Notes: generated from the letters alone by a model not told the origin. Positions 35,607 to 43,807 are shown, counted from the stretch's first letter. The stretch is DNA of 61,049 nt from Lachnospiraceae bacterium (GCA_024680835.1 JAILBP010000287.1:1-61049), one strand, 5' to 3'. Numbers and translations are program-made.

Positions 35607-36761
35607 TCATTCTCCGGTGATCCGGTCTGTCATATACAAAATATCTTTGATCTCTTTTGTATACTCCGGATTCGTGTTTAAAGCCTGTTTCAGTTTATAT
35701 CGTTTTTTTGCCATCTCGGCATCGATATTCGAGATGTCTTCCCTGAGTTTCTGCCTCTTTAAGTAAAGCTGATGCTTTCTTTCGACCATATCCCCGGGGT
35801 TGACCAATATGTATGGGATCTCGAGCCATGCTCTTGAATCATACAGTTTGTATTTTGAAAGCTGCTTTACGAGCTTTTCGTTGTAAAAATCCAATTCCTG
35901 ATTGGTTTCGAGATATTTTGTGCGCTCCCTGCAAGCCTCCTGATAATCCTCAAGCTGTGCGCTGAAATCCCTGTAATCTTTTACATTGTAGGCTCTGCGC
36001 TCATAATCAACGGCGTTGGTGATATTGACGTATTTGATCTTGACTTTGTTCAGCAGTTCTATGGCGCGCTTTGCGTTTTTGGTTGCTATCCTGATCTCGG
36101 CGTCGTCATTCTGATAACGGACCAGTATCACAAAACCCGCTATTATAGCCAATATGGCGGTGATAAGCCAGCCGTAGGTGATGTCCGCTTCAAAACCGAG
36201 ATACATCACTATGAGCACTATCATGATAAAAGAAAAAATACCGAACACGATCATTGCTGCGTTTTTCAGTATCCGCTTCTCATCCTGCATGTTATCACGG
36301 TGCATGATCCACTGCAGTTTTTCTCCCTCGAGATAAGACATATCCCGCTTTACCGTATCCTGGTATTTTTCGTTTTCTTCCAGTTTTTTGAGTGCGGGCA
36401 AAAGCTCGTCCTCATATTTGTCAAATAATATCATCTGGGAATCGGATATCTTTTTGGTGCGGTTTATATATCTGTCTCTTACAGACATATGATTCACCAG
36501 TCTCTCAGCCGTCTCCCTGATGTATGCAAACTCGTTGTCGGGCAGATTTGTCAAGGTCTCACAGTCAGTGATATACGCCGTCACATCGGAGTATTCCCGC
36601 TTGAGATCAGAGTATTGCTCAGCCAGCTCTGTGAGTTCTTCACAGGCACCCAAGATTCCTCTGTCGCGTACGACCGGTACATTCGCCTCTATGCGCTCTA
36701 TATGTTCTTCGAAATCCTTTTCCTTTTTTTTTCTCTTTTTTCCGAAAAACCAAAATGCCAT
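35607..36761 (-). CDS. Hypothetical membrane protein: coiled coil - TM hairpin - coiled coil
   Basis: 384 aa. Two adjacent TM helices lie mid-protein (AAMIVFGIFSFIMIVLIVMYLGF; GWLITAILAIIAGFVILV), flanked by K/E/R-rich heptad-like segments. The GAGGA RBS is embedded in the last codons of the upstream gene, with a 3-nt gap. Confidence 0.75.
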   Translation of the reverse strand: MAFWFFGKKRKKKEKDFEEHIERIEANVPVVRDRGILGACEELTELAEQYSDLKREYSDVTAYITDCETLTNLPDNEFAYIRETAERLVNHMSVRDRYINRTKKISDSQMILFDKYEDELLPALKKLEENEKYQDTVKRDMSYLEGEKLQWIMHRDNMQDEKRILKNAAMIVFGIFSFIMIVLIVMYLGFEADITYGWLITAILAIIAGFVILVRYQNDDAEIRIATKNAKRAIELLNKVKIKYVNITNAVDYERRAYNVKDYRDFSAQLEDYQEACRERTKYLETNQELDFYNEKLVKQLSKYKLYDSRAWLEIPYILVNPGDMVERKHQLYLKRQKLREDISNIDAEMAKKRYKLKQALNTNPEYTKEIKDILYMTDRITGE

Positions 36762-36764
36762 ACT

Positions 36765-37544
36765 TTAGTCCTCGCAGGCGACAAGATATTTCTCATTTAT
36801 GTCATCAAAAGGCTGATCTGCATTTTTCCGGGCTTCCATCAATGATGCTGTGTGTATCGAACTGGCTCTTTTGACTTCTTTTTCGATGTGTTCGTAACTG
36901 GTCTTGAACAATGTGTTAAGCTCTTTTAACAATGAGTTATCCTCGGCAAGTACAGCGCAATCCACCGCTTCGTTGAGAGATTCAACCCTGTGATTTGACC
37001 TGTATGCCGCCACAAAACAGTTATACGCCTCATGAAAATCAAAAAATCTTGCGTAAGCCACGCCCTGATTATGCATGATATCTCCCACTACGGAAGCAGA
37101 TGATGTGCGGGTATCCCCCACATCCGACAAAAGTTTTTTGTATGTTAAAATGGCTTTTTTGAGCATTCCCTTGCTTAAGAAATCATCTGCCAGCCTCTTT
37201 CCCAGTTCCAGCGGTGACATATGATCGAATTTATTGAGGCTCAAATTCAGTTTGCCCGCCTGAACCTCCGAAAGATAACCGCTGGCCTCCTCGATAGGTT
37301 TGAAGAAATCTACCAGAGGCGCCTTTGACTTAAGCTTTTTATCCAACTCATCGGCCAACTCCGCATTCTCGAGATTTTTTCTGATCCAGCCGGTAAAATC
37401 AGCGTTCATGAAATCGTCCCTGTCGATGAAAACCGCACCGGCAGCATAAAACAAAAGCTCTTCCAGAGAATAAATATTCAGTTTTCCGCTTCTGATGTAG
37501 AATGGCTGTTCAGCCGATCTGCACTTACACAATACAAGGCTCAC
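36765..37544 (-). CDS. Hypothetical soluble, mostly helical protein (possible TPR-like C-terminal half)
   Basis: The ORF track starts at GTG 37553, but GGAGAG abuts that codon. The GTG at 37544 has 8-nt spacing and is preferred, giving ~259 aa. I recognise no catalytic motif. GVAYARFFDFHEAYNCFVAAY resembles a TPR-type helix pair. Confidence 0.7.
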   Translation of the reverse strand: MSLVLCKCRSAEQPFYIRSGKLNIYSLEELLFYAAGAVFIDRDDFMNADFTGWIRKNLENAELADELDKKLKSKAPLVDFFKPIEEASGYLSEVQAGKLNLSLNKFDHMSPLELGKRLADDFLSKGMLKKAILTYKKLLSDVGDTRTSSASVVGDIMHNQGVAYARFFDFHEAYNCFVAAYRSNHRVESLNEAVDCAVLAEDNSLLKELNTLFKTSYEHIEKEVKRASSIHTASLMEARKNADQPFDDINEKYLVACED

Positions 37545-37572
37545 GCTAATCACTCTCCAAAAATACTACGGA

Positions 37573-38811
37573 TCATACCGAAACCAGAGCTTCCCAGACT
37601 TTTCCGCTGGAAGGTGCGATCTCTCCGAATCCAAGGTCTTTGATTATCAATCTCACTTCGTGATCACTGACAGGCTTTGCCATAATGTCGATCCTGGTGG
37701 TTTTGTTTTCCCTCTCCGGCAACCCGCGCAGCAGAAAGTTCTCTATCTTGGCATCGCGCCTGTCCGGCAGATGGATCCAAAAATCGACAGCATTCTCTCC
37801 GTCCAGTATCACCTGACAGTTTCCGGAAGACTCAAACCATCTCCCTCCCGCCGATACCAAAGTCAGAAAGCTTGTATTTCCGCCGTCATTAACTTTGATA
37901 CTGACATTGAATTTCATGGTGTGGAGACCCATATAGACATATCCCCACTTAACTGCACCGCCCGAAATCCTGGCGGCATAGCTGGCACCTTTTGAGTACA
38001 GATTCTGTCCCTGAAATGCCCTTCGTCCTCTGCACAGAAGCTTTAAGGATTCCTTCATCCACCCCTCGGAAAAACCGTCTCCAACAAGGTATGCGGCAGA
38101 ATATATATCCTTGCCGAACATCTGCGTTATAGCATCCGAAAAGCAGTCATCCGGTGCATAAGCAATATTACCGAAATCCCTCTCCTCAATATCCACAAGC
38201 TGGGGATATGACTTCTGAAGCCGTTTTAATGTCATCCCCTTTAATATCTCATTTTCGTACTCAAACAGTGCTATATTATTCTGTGAAAGCTCCACCGGCT
38301 GACTCAGGGCATAGTAATAAAAACACTCCCTGTGATCCATTATATGCACCCTGAGATCCGGTATCTCCAGCAATTCTATGACCTTATCGAAGGTCTCTAT
38401 CACATTTAAGGTCAGAGTCTCCACCGTAAGCACCAGCTGACCTGCGGTGTGATCCGGCATCATGGTCTCGCACATGCGCACAAGACGTTTTATGAATCTT
38501 GCCAGAAGCCTTGTGTATTCATAGGCCTCTCCGTCTACAAAAGCCTTCTGCCCCTTGCATGCACGGCTCAGTATCTTGTCATAGAGCTCACCGAGACCGG
38601 CTCTCGAAAACCTTAAGGCCTCATCACCGTAAGAAAAACGTTTTTCCTCTTTCTGATAGCACATATATAAGGGGATGGAAAACTCCTCCCTCCCCGGTGT
38701 TATGCTGAGCGTCGAGGGATTGTCCAGAGAATCCGTTGTAAAACTGATCATGGCATTATCTCCGGAGAAATCGAGACCTATATAAAGTTTTTTCTTGTCT
38801 TTATTAAACAT
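37573..38811 (-). CDS. Hypothetical protein with degenerate Hsp70/actin (ASKHA)-fold motifs and a beta-rich C-terminal domain
   Basis: 412 aa. The ordered motifs are: KKLYIGLDFSGDNAMISF (cf. Hsp70 IGIDLGTTNS), QLVLTVE (cf. AVITVPA), VHIMDHRECFYYYAL (cf. IINEPTAAALAYGL), IALFEYENEILKG (cf. VFDLGGGTFDVS), AYLVGDGFSEGWMKE (cf. LLVGGSTRIP) and NLYSKGASYAA (cf. NPDEAVA.GAA). A GAGGG RBS is present. Confidence 0.75.
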   Translation of the reverse strand: MFNKDKKKLYIGLDFSGDNAMISFTTDSLDNPSTLSITPGREEFSIPLYMCYQKEEKRFSYGDEALRFSRAGLGELYDKILSRACKGQKAFVDGEAYEYTRLLARFIKRLVRMCETMMPDHTAGQLVLTVETLTLNVIETFDKVIELLEIPDLRVHIMDHRECFYYYALSQPVELSQNNIALFEYENEILKGMTLKRLQKSYPQLVDIEERDFGNIAYAPDDCFSDAITQMFGKDIYSAAYLVGDGFSEGWMKESLKLLCRGRRAFQGQNLYSKGASYAARISGGAVKWGYVYMGLHTMKFNVSIKVNDGGNTSFLTLVSAGGRWFESSGNCQVILDGENAVDFWIHLPDRRDAKIENFLLRGLPERENKTTRIDIMAKPVSDHEVRLIIKDLGFGEIAPSSGKVWEALVSV

Positions 38812-38849
38812 CTTTTCCCTCGGTCATACAGTTAAAAATCGTTACTACT

Positions 38850-38920
38850 CACAGCTGTCTTAAGGTGTATTCCGGCACGATCACATACATATACACTGCT
38901 GTCTTAAGATGTATTCCGGC
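38850..38920. repeat. Two 27-bp imperfect direct repeats (24/27 identical, 44-bp period) in the 112-nt spacer between the 1145-aa and 412-aa genes
   Basis: CACAGCTGTCTTAAGGTGTATTCCGGC lies at 38850-38876 and CACTGCTGTCTTAAGATGTATTCCGGC at 38894-38920 (plus strand). Confidence 0.85.
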
Positions 38921-38923
38921 CTG

Positions 38924-41900
38924 TCATAACATGTTAAATAATTTACCTGTGGTCTCGCTCATGGCCCTGGTCTTGATAAGGTTTTCACCTGTCTGTATAC
39001 CGTAGAACAGATTGTTCGGAACGCTCTTAAGTGAAGAGGCATATTCATTTCTGCCATATCTCACGTTTCGTCCCTCATTATCCCTGAAATAATACATCAA
39101 TTCCCCGGTACCGGCCGATAAGAGCACTGCCGTATGATATCCGTACAGAGTACGTTGTACTACGAGTTTTTTTACACCACTGTCATCAAACCTGTACATG
39201 AGTTCCACGGCTTCGCTGTCTGAAATGCAGGTAACGATATACCTGTCGTACAGATGATATCTGACCTGAAACTCTTCGGGCAGATCCTTGTAAAAATCAA
39301 AATAGATCTTCCTGTCGGTAAAATAATACAGCAATTCATCCAATATATGTTTTGCGGTATTTCCGCTCACACCGGTCTCGCTGTAATATCTGATCAGCGC
39401 AAGCTTTGCATAGTCAGGCAACTCTTCCCCGTCCATGAAGAATTTTTCGAGCTCCATAAAAACATCCGCATCCACACTCATCCTTTTTACAATAAACCTG
39501 TAAGCGAAATAGAATGTGTATGCCTTCTCTATTATGATGTTATGTTTGCCCTTGAGATACCTGCTGAAGAGCTTTCCGGCAAAATGTTTCATCTCCCCGG
39601 TAAAGATCATCATATACAGAATCTTCTCTGTCATGATGGTAACGTCTATGCCGTTTTTGTCGGCTTCACGCCAGACAGCGTACAGCTGGTCAACCGTACC
39701 TTCCATGTAAACACAGAGGTATTTGAATATGGCATAACGCTTGCTGCCGTTGGAAACAGCATATATCATAAGCCTTGCCAGCTTCTCGTCATATTCCCTT
39801 ACACCGTTGACCTTGTAGAGTATGATCTCTTCGAGTTCCTCGAGCTTTATGGATCCGGGTCCGAAGTATTCAACAAATTCATACGCCCTGTCATAGAAGC
39901 GGTTGTATACCAGATTTGAGGCGTACCTGCTCCTCACCGACTCATCCAGCTTTTTCATGTCCATCATGGACAGAAGCTCATCGTCACTGTAACCGCCCGC
40001 TGTATTTTTTATGACTGCGGGGGTCAGTTTCTCTTTGTACTCGGAATTGATGTGGGGAGATTCCAGCAACAGCTTCAATATCTCATTTTCCTGATCGTTG
40101 AGTCCCTGAAAGCTTGATTTTCCGAGCATGTGATGAAGCGCGTAAGGCAGCTTCACAGAGCCGGAATTAAGAGCGCTTCTGACATATCTTGCAGGATTAA
40201 ACAGTCTCTCAAGTTCACAGGCGTCATTATCCACAAAAACCCTGCCATCACGATCACCAAGCACGGTTACATACTCTCCCGGATAGACCGGTATGAAAGC
40301 TATACCGTTATCGATCTGATATGTAAATATCTCAGACAGACTGTCGCTTATGACATGGACAACCTTCGCCGCCGGATTCGTACATACCAGCCGGTTCATA
40401 TACAGAGTTCTGGACAGGGCATCAAAAAACTCCTTATCCATCTCGAAATCTTCGAGAGTTGCATTGTAAAGAACCGAAAGATTGTCGTCGATCAGCCCTT
40501 CCTTCATCTCTCTCAATACAAAATCATGGATCTGATCGCGGTAGTTATCATATGTCTCATGATCAGAATCTTTCGCAGCCAGGATATTCACATACAGAGC
40601 TGCTTTCTGTCTCGCAGTCAGTGAGTTATTGTAGCGGAAATAAATGGCAACCTGCCTCGGTATCTCCTCCCTGTGTGTCTTTGACAGAGAAGCAACAAAG
40701 TACTCATAAAGACCGCCAAGTTTAATATCCTGTTCGATGGCTCTCCTGTAAAGCTCATGATCCGCTTCACGTCTGAGATCGCCTTTTATCCTGTACTGGC
40801 ATACAGCTCCCAAGGTATCTTTCGACGGAAACATCTCATAGCATCCCGTGATGATGCGGTCCACCAGTTTACTGTATCCTGCGGACACCCCGTACACGGA
40901 CACCAGCTGGTCGCAAAGAGCCTTTCCTATGACTTTCTTTTTTACACCCCAATTTAATATCTTCAGCATCTCCGGCTTGAGATCAGTGAGATAGAACGGG
41001 TATTTGTTTAATATCTTGCAGGCATTCGCATAAAAAAACGGGCTGTTCTCTCCGTCCTTTATCCACCTGATTATCATGGAGAGCCTTATCTTTTCATCCA
41101 ATCCCGGGGCATCCGGCAACAGCATGCAGTATCTGATAAAAGAATCATCCATGTTATTGGCATAAATATCCGAGATCTGGGCAAATATAGTCTCCCGCTT
41201 TTTCTCGTCAGTTTCCACAAGGTAAAGCAGACAGCCAAACAGCATGCTGTCCCTCATGTCAAACTTGTCCGTACGGGTCTTCAGGGCATCCACAACAGTC
41301 CTGAAATCCTGCATCTGCTTATTGATCATCATGACATAGGCCTTGTAGAGTTCATGCCTTACCGAACCGCTGTTATAGGACTTTATCAGTTCGATAGTCT
41401 TTGTGACCCAGGCGCCGGTTACCATGATCCCCGCCAGGTATTCCTCATACATGACAGACAGTCTCAGGTTAAACTTTTTATCTCCCGTCGGGTCTTCTCT
41501 TGTCAACGTCACCTCGGATACAACGGAGACATTGACCGTTATAACTTCCCTCTGGAAGTTGTTTTCCAATACGATGCGCCCGGTATTTTCTCCTTTATAC
41601 AAACGCTCTCTGTCTATAGTGAAAGACAGCCTGTACTCTCCTGCTACAAAATCGTCTTCTCTGATATATTCTTTGTCGAGATGTACAAAATCAGAGTCCG
41701 TAGATGCCTTTATGCCGATCTTTCCGAACTCTTTTTTTCGCAGCAGTATACTCTCCGTATACTCATCGCCCAAAAGCTCAGAGAACCTTATAACATTGCG
41801 ATCCACAGTGAACATAGCCCGCTTTTTGTAGCTGGCGGCAATGAGGAATTCCTCAACGCTCCGTATCTTTCTGTAATAAAGCCTGTTCTTGGTATTAGTA

Positions 41901-42361
41901 AGCAGCATGGAGAAGGCATCGCTCTTATATATTGCCTCGGCCTCTTTGGGATTGATCTCATAAAGCCGGGTAAAATCCGACAGCGAAGCTATCTCGCCGG
42001 TAGACGCAATGATCTTTTCTCCTATGACCCTCGCACTGAAATTGATCTGAAACTCACCGCCGTTAGTAACGATAAAAAAGCTTCCCGTATCCGTATCACC
42101 CACCTTAAGACTCTGGGCACGGTACACGAAGCTTATCTTTACATTGCCGTTTGCAACAGAGTTTCGCAATTCGGTCACGTTATGATTAAAACATAAAATA
42201 TCCGCTTCCAGAACGGAATCACCCTGAGTGCTGATAACGAAATCACCCTCGTACGATCCGCCAAAAGGTACATCAAATACAAGGCTTTCCGCAGAAAGTT
42301 CTACGGAAGGCCTTTCCATCTCGATATTACCCTTTGCCATTTCCTCAATCTGTCTGATCAT
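38924..42361 (-). CDS. Very large hypothetical protein (1145 aa): two N-terminal beta-sandwich-like modules followed by a long alpha-helical-repeat-like body
   Basis: It is a long uninterrupted ORF with normal local codon usage and a GGGGAG RBS. There is no signal peptide, TM helix, P-loop or other catalytic motif visible by eye. Residues ~19-113 and ~181-280 share a repeated alternating-hydrophobic beta pattern, each ending in an N..F...I.(F/V).(A/V).V-type strand. Confidence 0.8.
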   Translation of the reverse strand: MIRQIEEMAKGNIEMERPSVELSAESLVFDVPFGGSYEGDFVISTQGDSVLEADILCFNHNVTELRNSVANGNVKISFVYRAQSLKVGDTDTGSFFIVTNGGEFQINFSARVIGEKIIASTGEIASLSDFTRLYEINPKEAEAIYKSDAFSMLLTNTKNRLYYRKIRSVEEFLIAASYKKRAMFTVDRNVIRFSELLGDEYTESILLRKKEFGKIGIKASTDSDFVHLDKEYIREDDFVAGEYRLSFTIDRERLYKGENTGRIVLENNFQREVITVNVSVVSEVTLTREDPTGDKKFNLRLSVMYEEYLAGIMVTGAWVTKTIELIKSYNSGSVRHELYKAYVMMINKQMQDFRTVVDALKTRTDKFDMRDSMLFGCLLYLVETDEKKRETIFAQISDIYANNMDDSFIRYCMLLPDAPGLDEKIRLSMIIRWIKDGENSPFFYANACKILNKYPFYLTDLKPEMLKILNWGVKKKVIGKALCDQLVSVYGVSAGYSKLVDRIITGCYEMFPSKDTLGAVCQYRIKGDLRREADHELYRRAIEQDIKLGGLYEYFVASLSKTHREEIPRQVAIYFRYNNSLTARQKAALYVNILAAKDSDHETYDNYRDQIHDFVLREMKEGLIDDNLSVLYNATLEDFEMDKEFFDALSRTLYMNRLVCTNPAAKVVHVISDSLSEIFTYQIDNGIAFIPVYPGEYVTVLGDRDGRVFVDNDACELERLFNPARYVRSALNSGSVKLPYALHHMLGKSSFQGLNDQENEILKLLLESPHINSEYKEKLTPAVIKNTAGGYSDDELLSMMDMKKLDESVRSRYASNLVYNRFYDRAYEFVEYFGPGSIKLEELEEIILYKVNGVREYDEKLARLMIYAVSNGSKRYAIFKYLCVYMEGTVDQLYAVWREADKNGIDVTIMTEKILYMMIFTGEMKHFAGKLFSRYLKGKHNIIIEKAYTFYFAYRFIVKRMSVDADVFMELEKFFMDGEELPDYAKLALIRYYSETGVSGNTAKHILDELLYYFTDRKIYFDFYKDLPEEFQVRYHLYDRYIVTCISDSEAVELMYRFDDSGVKKLVVQRTLYGYHTAVLLSAGTGELMYYFRDNEGRNVRYGRNEYASSLKSVPNNLFYGIQTGENLIKTRAMSETTGKLFNML

Positions 42362-42376
42362 TTCAGCTCCCCGATG

Positions 42377-42395
42377 TAACGGATATTAACGGATA
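42377..42395. repeat. Tandem TAACGGATA 9-mers (10-bp period) just upstream of the 1145-aa gene's RBS
   Basis: The plus strand reads TAACGGATA-t-TAACGGATA. On the minus strand this is TATCCGTTA-a-TATCCGTTA, ending 15 nt before the ATG. Confidence 0.7.
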
Positions 42396-42415
42396 ACACA
42401 TTGTAATGATACACA

Positions 42416-43807
42416 TCAGGCATCTTTCTCTTCAAAGAATTTTATAATGCCCTTTGCGGCATTTTTTCCTGCTCCCATGGCCAGGATAACCGTTGCGGCG
42501 CCTGTCACCGCATCTCCGCCGGCAAACACGCCCTCTTTGGATGTGGCGCCTGTCTCCTCGGAAGCGATGATGCACTTTCTCTTATTGACATCCAAACCTA
42601 TGGTTGTGGAAGAAATAAGCGGATTCGGTGAGGTACCCAGTGACATTACGACTGTATCTGCCTCAATCTCATACTCCGAACCGGGAATCTCCACCGGTGA
42701 ACGTCTTCCGCTCTCATCCGGCTCGCCAAGCTCCATCTTGATGATACGGATTCCTTTTACATAACCGTTCTCATCCACCAGGATCTCTGTAGGATTCTGA
42801 AGGAGATCAAATATGATGCCCTCTTCCTTGGCGTGATGAACTTCTTCCACTCTGGCGGGAAGCTCGGCCTCACCGCGTCGGTAGACAACATGAACCTCAG
42901 CGCCGAGTCTCTTTGCCGTACGTGCTGCATCCATGGCAACGTTTCCGCCACCTACAACAACCACCTTTTTGCCCCTTGAAATAGGTGTATCATACTCATC
43001 AAGGTAAGCCTTCATAAGGTTATTTCTGGTCAGGAACTCATTTGCGGAGAACACGCCAAGAGCCTGCTCACCCGGAATTCCCATGAATCTGGGAAGTCCT
43101 GCACCCGAACCGATGAATACGGCTTCGAACCCCTCTTTATCCATAAGTTCATCAATAGTGGTAGACTTTCCGATAACGACGTTTGTCTCGATCTTCACAC
43201 CAAGACTCTCAACATTGGCAACCTCGCTTGCCACAACCTTATCCTTTGGGAGACGGAACTCAGGAATTCCGTAAGACAAAACTCCTCCGGCCTTATGAAG
43301 CGCTTCAAAAATAGTAACGTCAAATCCGGCCTTTGCCAGATCTCCCGCACATGTGAGTCCTGCGGGACCCGAACCGATAACAGCCACCTTATGACCGTTC
43401 TTCTGCTCCGGTGCCTTGGGCTTAATGCCATTCTCTCTGGCGTAATCAGCCACAAAGCGCTCAAGTTTTCCGATGGACAGGGGATCACCCTTAAATCCTC
43501 TGATACACTTGCCCTCACACTGGGTCTCTTGCGGACAAACACGACCGCAGACTGCCGGCAACGCGCTGGACTCGGATATTATCTCGTAAGCCTTCTCAAT
43601 ATTGCCGTCTTTTACCTGCTCTATAAATCCCGGGATGTTAATGGACACCGGGCATCCCTTTACACACTGTGCATTTTTGCAATTGAGGCAGCGTCCTGCT
43701 TCCTCTCTCGCCTCATCCATATTATAGCCAAGACAAACCTCTTCAAAGTTTGCCGCACGCTCAGTAGGATCCTGCTCCCTGACAGGAACTCTCTTTAATA
43801 CATCCAT
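42416..43807 (-). CDS. nfnB: GltD-like NADPH-dependent oxidoreductase large subunit (NfnB / SudA type)
   Basis: 463 aa. It has N-terminal 2x[4Fe-4S]-type Cys clusters (CLNCKNAQCVKGCP; CGRVCPQETQCEGKC) and two Rossmann GxGxxG motifs (VAVIGSGPAGL; VVVVGGGNVAMD). It is paired with the small FAD/[2Fe-2S] subunit upstream. A glutamate-synthase small-chain annotation cannot be excluded. Confidence 0.75.
   Translation of the reverse strand: MDVLKRVPVREQDPTERAANFEEVCLGYNMDEAREEAGRCLNCKNAQCVKGCPVSINIPGFIEQVKDGNIEKAYEIISESSALPAVCGRVCPQETQCEGKCIRGFKGDPLSIGKLERFVADYARENGIKPKAPEQKNGHKVAVIGSGPAGLTCAGDLAKAGFDVTIFEALHKAGGVLSYGIPEFRLPKDKVVASEVANVESLGVKIETNVVIGKSTTIDELMDKEGFEAVFIGSGAGLPRFMGIPGEQALGVFSANEFLTRNNLMKAYLDEYDTPISRGKKVVVVGGGNVAMDAARTAKRLGAEVHVVYRRGEAELPARVEEVHHAKEEGIIFDLLQNPTEILVDENGYVKGIRIIKMELGEPDESGRRSPVEIPGSEYEIEADTVVMSLGTSPNPLISSTTIGLDVNKRKCIIASEETGATSKEGVFAGGDAVTGAATVILAMGAGKNAAKGIIKFFEEKDA

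Noticed and set aside
41354-42196. 280-aa plus-strand ORF (and others at 39254..39919 and 40130..40624)
   Set aside because: They are antisense to the continuous 1145-aa ORF. They are fragmentary, and only the minus-strand frame is open across the entire 3.4 kb.
33798-42361. Possibility that the helicase cluster is a Gabija- or Hachiman-type defence system
   Set aside because: I found no OLD-family ATPase/TOPRIM (GajA-like) protein and no HamA-like nuclease. The four partner proteins show no nuclease, methylase or ATPase P-loop motifs. It is kept as an unclassified candidate rather than assigned to a known system.
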